Shown in pieces: positions 59,662 through 64,000 of a stretch of DNA of 64,000 nt (positions are counted from its first letter, which is position 1; each line of letters begins with the position of its first letter). The notes under the pieces were generated by a model. The model saw only the letters and a program-made list of their open reading frames with translations. It searched no databases and was not told where the DNA came from. Both the position numbers and the translations under genes were made by a program. This DNA comes from Kiritimatiellia bacterium (GTDB taxonomy: Bacteria; Verrucomicrobiota; Kiritimatiellia; RFP12; UBA1067): assembly GCA_050949565.1 (NCBI GenBank), contig JBMNFY010000021.1, positions 1-64,000 of the forward strand, in the 5' to 3' direction.

Positions 59662-59741
59662 GTCATCACGCCGCGCACAGTCGGGTATCGTGCGCAGTGA
59701 CCATAGAATAGCGGAGAGAGCATGTATGCCGCAACCGTAAT

Positions 59742-60176
59742 CCTAAAAAGAGCAGTTGAACCTTCAACTCTCTTTGGTTTCTGGTTTCAAGGTTTCATGG
59801 TTTCATCCAAATCGGGATCGCTATCGGGATCGGGATCGATACTCCAAGTTCTTTCGCAGACTTGAAGTCACGGTAATCGGTTAGTGACAGGGGGGTGCGA
59901 GTCGGGTGCGTGTTTTGTGTATGCGCAGTCGGAGCGCGGGCGTCCTCGCCCGCTCTGTGAAAGGCCGCTCGTGATTCCGATGCGCGGTTTGGTTCCCAAG
60001 GAAAGCTTCCTCCCCCCTCGTAGCATGGGCGTCCCGCCCATGAAACACGGGCAAGATGCCCGTGCCACACCCTTTTGCAAGGCACGTTGTTGCGGGCGAG
60101 GACGCCCGCGCTCCCGACTCTCTGCTCCCCTTTTCACCAGAAACGCATGATCTTCGCACACCCCTATCACTTGCCC
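59742..60176. repeat. Composite repeat: left part of the MITE plus a second IR-bounded element containing REP copy 5 (60020-60068)
   Basis: 59742-59840 matches the start of the 49899 element; 60020-60145 is the reverse complement of about 10386-10513; GGTAATCGGTTAGTGACAGGG shared with 10362. Confidence 0.8.
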
Positions 60177-60376
60177 ATAACTTACATCTTTCTGCGGGCG
60201 GGGACGCCCGACGTCCAAACAGAACAGTACTGAGGTTGGCACGTAAGACCGACAGCAGCTCCTGCCGCGTGTAGGGTTTACGGACAAAATTGACCCCCTC
60301 GATCAGAGGCGTCCGATTGATTCGGCGATAAGAATCGCTTCACGCCCATGATCGCAAACACTCACGCTCCACCCCG

Positions 60377-61435
60377 CTAGAATGCACGTATTAGAGTGCC
60401 GCCGTACCCCACACTGACCGACAACGTCCCCGTCGCGACACCGCCCTTGCCATCAGACACTTCGTAGCTGAACGTCTCGGTGACCGCATCGGTGTGCGCG
60501 GGCGGAGTGTAGGTCAGCGTGTGGTTGGCTTGATCCCGTGTCAACGAACCGCCTTTAGTGCCCTCCAGCGCGATCGAGGCCAGCGACAGCGTGTCGCCAT
60601 CCGGATCGCTAGCCATACCGACCAGCACAGCTTCAGAGATCGTGTTGCTGGCATTAACCCCGTTAATGGTCGTCCGCCACGCAGTCAGCACATACGGTTC
60701 GCTGATACTCGGCGCGATGTTGCTCTGCTGCCAGTTCCAGGTCAGCACCGCATCGTTCGTCACCGTCATCTGAAAACTCGTGCCGGTGCCGCTGGTCGGC
60801 TCCTGCCCCGTCATGCTCCATCCCGTGCAAACGTACTGCGTCGGGCCGGAACTGGCGGTCGCCGTCATGCTAAGCGGCAAGACAGTGCCAGCCAAATTCG
60901 TGTACACCCCTACAGGCGGCGTACCCGTGCCGTACGGCGAGATGATCTGAAGTGTCTTGTTCAGATTGTTCAACACCAGCGGATCGGGATTCGCCCAAAC
61001 ATAGTTCGGATCCAGCATGCGCCTGAACCAGTACTCGGCTTCGCCACGAATAGTCTTCTCCCCTGTTTGCCCCTCGGGCACGCTTATCGTGTAGGAGAAC
61101 GAAACAGTCGTCGAATTTTGTGGGGGAGCGCCGTTCGGAGAAAGGTAGTAATCACCTTGCCACAAAAATATGTCCCAGCTTTCGTAGCCGCCTCCACTGA
61201 CCGCAGTCACCGCCCACCCCTCAGGAAGTACCGCCATCCAACCAAAAAAATCAAACGCATTCGTATTCGTATAATCGAATTGACAATTGACGGTCACGAA
61301 TCCGGGTGACGTGTACCCCACACTGTCGTGGTAGGCCTGATAGGTTTGGCCTAAAACAGCCATTTGCGCTCCTAACAGGAAACACGCGATCGCTGCCATC
61401 CTAATCCATGTACGGCGTTGCTTATTCATTGTCAT
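60377..61435 (-). CDS. Secreted protein with cohesin-like, divergent InlB-like and cadherin/Ig-like modules
   Basis: Signal peptide; CTGW..TG..P..GT module; SDPDGDTL...FSYEVSDGKGG Ig module; ends GTLIRAF. Confidence 0.7.
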   Translation of the reverse strand: MTMNKQRRTWIRMAAIACFLLGAQMAVLGQTYQAYHDSVGYTSPGFVTVNCQFDYTNTNAFDFFGWMAVLPEGWAVTAVSGGGYESWDIFLWQGDYYLSPNGAPPQNSTTVSFSYTISVPEGQTGEKTIRGEAEYWFRRMLDPNYVWANPDPLVLNNLNKTLQIISPYGTGTPPVGVYTNLAGTVLPLSMTATASSGPTQYVCTGWSMTGQEPTSGTGTSFQMTVTNDAVLTWNWQQSNIAPSISEPYVLTAWRTTINGVNASNTISEAVLVGMASDPDGDTLSLASIALEGTKGGSLTRDQANHTLTYTPPAHTDAVTETFSYEVSDGKGGVATGTLSVSVGYGGTLIRAF

Positions 61436-61463
61436 ACCACCTTCACCTGACTTTGAGGCGGAA

Positions 61464-64000
61464 TCATTCGGGCCCAGCACCATATCCATCTAAGGACTCA
61501 GGAACGACATGATACCCACCTGAGATCAAATACCCTTTCACACGGTTAAGCTCCAGAGGATCAATCACCCAGAATGGCGGACGGTAATCAGCGGAATGAC
61601 GCCCGCCATCCGTCTCTCCGACGCCTTGGTTAAAACCGTCACGAGCAAGCGGATTTACATGATAGGCTCCTGCGGTTAAATAACCTTTGACCCGGTTCAA
61701 CTCAACAGGATCAATCACCCAGAACGGTGCGCGGTAGTCCGCACTGTGGTAGCGCTTCAGCAACAACGTCTCGGGTAGGCGTTCCACGGTCAAGGCATCA
61801 AGCATGTTCTCCAACTTGAACGACACCGAAGCGTTCAGATAATTGGTCACACTCTCATTGCCAGGGATTGAAACTGTGTACGTGAAACTCACCGTCTGTC
61901 CCTCATACGGTCCCTCAAACACGACCGCGCCATCCACCACATTTGGGGCACCATCACCCGCGGCTGCAAGCAGCGTCCAACCGGCCGGCAGTTGCGGACG
62001 CCACGTAAGCTCTTCGAGCACGGCACCCTCTGGTATGCTGAAACTGCTGCCGATGATTGTACCAGAGGACGGCGACCGGAATCCATCCAAAGTTTGTGTT
62101 CCGCTCACATCAGGCATGAGAACCGTCCCCGTCGTCGTCGGCGCCCCTTCAAGGGATAGGATATAGTTCCCCGCATCTGCGCCTGTCAGCGTCGATGCAT
62201 CGGTCAATATGACCGGCTTGCCCTCGCCGACGTCCGTGCTGTCGAAAGCCGCCACCGCATTCAGTGTCACGTCATCGCCCGCCACCGGCGTCAGCAGAGT
62301 CAGTGCGTTAACGTCGATCGTCGCAGCCGTCGTACCGTCGTACACCTTTTCAGCCACCGTAAATGAGCCACCGACTGTCAAGACCGCCTGCGTGACGGCC
62401 GCGGCAACCACCTGTGTGCTGATCGCATACCACGATGCGTCCGCACCCTCGAGCGCCAATCCGTAAACCACCACGCGCTTCTCTTGCCCGACCTCCGGGG
62501 TGTCGAAGAAGGCGACCGAAGAGGTTGTCACCAGTGAAACATCTGTGTGACCGTCCATCAGCCCGCTCAACGCTCCGTATGTGGACACCGTCGCGTTCGT
62601 GAGGCCATCGTACGCCTTGTCCGAAATCACAAGCTCGGGCAACGTCAACAGCATCGGCACCGGCAACGGATCAGGCTGCGCGCGCACGGTCGACGGATTG
62701 ACCATGCCGCTGAGTTGGTACTCAATCAGGCCGCCGATCGCGTTGGTGCCCTGCACGTTCTCGGGCACCTGGACCACGTACTGGAAGACGACGGGATTGG
62801 CCTGCAAGTCCCCAAAGAACACCACCGCTCCGTCCGAGGACTCGTAAATCGGCTGGCCGTCACCGGATGCCGCACCAACCTTCCAGCCGTCGGGCAACTC
62901 AGGACGCCACAACAGCGACAACAATTGCCGCCCCTCGGTGGGATATGCGAACGTACACTCGACCGTCATCGTCTGGCCGGCCACGTAGCCGCTGACCGCA
63001 TGCGTGGCGCGCGAGGAGTTGAGCGTGATCGTAAAGGTCTCGCTGTCCGATTGATTGTCGGGCGCGGTCCCGTTGTCGGTCACTGTCACCGTCACGCTGA
63101 ACTCGGCAAACGCCGCGCCAGCCTGCTCGACCGTGGGCGTCCACTCAAACACCCCGCTCACGGGATCAATCCGCATGCCGGCGTCGATGGAGGCTTGATC
63201 GAGCGAGAAGGTCAAGGTGTCGTCTTCCTTGTCCGTCGCAGTCGCCGTGAAGATCAGCGGCGTGAAGATATCGGTGCGCTGATCCCCGATCGGCGCCAGC
63301 ACCGGCGCGTCATTGACCGGTTTGACCGTCACGTTCACGGTCACGGTGTCGAAACCGCCCAGACCGTCCGCCACCTGAACCACAAACGCATCATTGCCCG
63401 ACCAGTCCGCCGCAGGCGCGTAGGAGATCGTGGGCGTGGTTCCTGTGCCGCTCACGGTGGCCGTGCCGTTCGCCGGTGCCGTTTTCAGCGTCCACTCTAG
63501 GCTTTCCTCCAGCGAGGGCCGGTACGGCTCGCTGGCGGTGAGTCCAGCCGGGGGCTGCCACGCGGTCGGATCGCCGTCTTCATCCATCGTCACGGTCACG
63601 CTGCCTTCCGGCGTGATCAACGGCGCGACCCACTGCCAAGTCAAGACCGCATCTTGATTCAAGTCAAAGGCGACCTCATGCGTCGTGCCGGCGGCGGGAT
63701 CGCTGCCGCTGAGCGTCCAGCCCGTGCAGGCGAAGGTGCGCGTCCCTTCCGTAAATGGCGCGGTTACCGAAGCCGACAGCGCTGTGCCGTGCACATTGGT
63801 ATAGATGCCCGGCGCGGGGTCGCAGTGTGCTTCGGCTGAGATCACTTCAAACGTATGCAACTCCGGGAGCGGGAGCGGATCAGGGAAGATCGTAATCGTC
63901 AGTGGATTGACCATACCGGCGGTCTGATACTCGGCCTCGGCCCGGATGGTCTGCGGACCGGTCACTCCAGCCGGTACATTGACCCAGTAACTAAAGACCA
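61464..64000 (-). CDS. Large surface protein (5' end beyond the window) with Ig/cadherin, YDG and cohesin-like repeats and a duplicated HSADY C-terminal motif
   Basis: Frame open to the window edge; VNDAP, KAYDG and KVYDG modules; two HSADY..FWVIDP.ELNRVKGY repeats. Confidence 0.8.
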   Translation of the reverse strand, partial: VFSYWVNVPAGVTGPQTIRAEAEYQTAGMVNPLTITIFPDPLPLPELHTFEVISAEAHCDPAPGIYTNVHGTALSASVTAPFTEGTRTFACTGWTLSGSDPAAGTTHEVAFDLNQDAVLTWQWVAPLITPEGSVTVTMDEDGDPTAWQPPAGLTASEPYRPSLEESLEWTLKTAPANGTATVSGTGTTPTISYAPAADWSGNDAFVVQVADGLGGFDTVTVNVTVKPVNDAPVLAPIGDQRTDIFTPLIFTATATDKEDDTLTFSLDQASIDAGMRIDPVSGVFEWTPTVEQAGAAFAEFSVTVTVTDNGTAPDNQSDSETFTITLNSSRATHAVSGYVAGQTMTVECTFAYPTEGRQLLSLLWRPELPDGWKVGAASGDGQPIYESSDGAVVFFGDLQANPVVFQYVVQVPENVQGTNAIGGLIEYQLSGMVNPSTVRAQPDPLPVPMLLTLPELVISDKAYDGLTNATVSTYGALSGLMDGHTDVSLVTTSSVAFFDTPEVGQEKRVVVYGLALEGADASWYAISTQVVAAAVTQAVLTVGGSFTVAEKVYDGTTAATIDVNALTLLTPVAGDDVTLNAVAAFDSTDVGEGKPVILTDASTLTGADAGNYILSLEGAPTTTGTVLMPDVSGTQTLDGFRSPSSGTIIGSSFSIPEGAVLEELTWRPQLPAGWTLLAAAGDGAPNVVDGAVVFEGPYEGQTVSFTYTVSIPGNESVTNYLNASVSFKLENMLDALTVERLPETLLLKRYHSADYRAPFWVIDPVELNRVKGYLTAGAYHVNPLARDGFNQGVGETDGGRHSADYRPPFWVIDPLELNRVKGYLISGGYHVVPESLDGYGAGPE

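Overview
GC-rich bacterial chromosome segment. Gene content (GH92, DUF4091, DUF1080, HZS-alpha-like and FAD_oxidored proteins), Tat signals and intergenic repeat style suggest a PVC-superphylum organism, probably Kiritimatiellia/Lentisphaeria; this is inference. Housekeeping and carbohydrate genes (asnS, nadA, rarA, nagA, suhB, rlmD, miaB, a TRAP transporter) are mixed with accessory DNA. (1) A degenerate integron-like cassette array with no integrase in the window (about 10.7-13.7 kb) lies downstream of asnS and contains a 107-bp duplicate of the asnS 3' end and two toxin-antitoxin cassettes. (2) A 5.6-kb integrative element sits at tRNA-Asn; its tyrosine integrase carries an inserted HTH, and it encodes Xis-like and Rep-like proteins and a pair of small paralogs. 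(3) An adjacent defence islet encodes an HNH nuclease, an RHH-fused M.PvuII-like m4C methyltransferase and an Mrr-type nuclease. (4) Two further TA pairs occur elsewhere. (5) Several families of REP/MITE-like repeats assemble into composite blocks. (6) At the right end, two secreted Ig-rich proteins share a repeated cohesin-like module, and one has a duplicated dockerin-like C-terminal motif. Four apparent single-base (+1) disruptions suggest sequence errors. All family calls are from motif recognition by eye; no database search was run.
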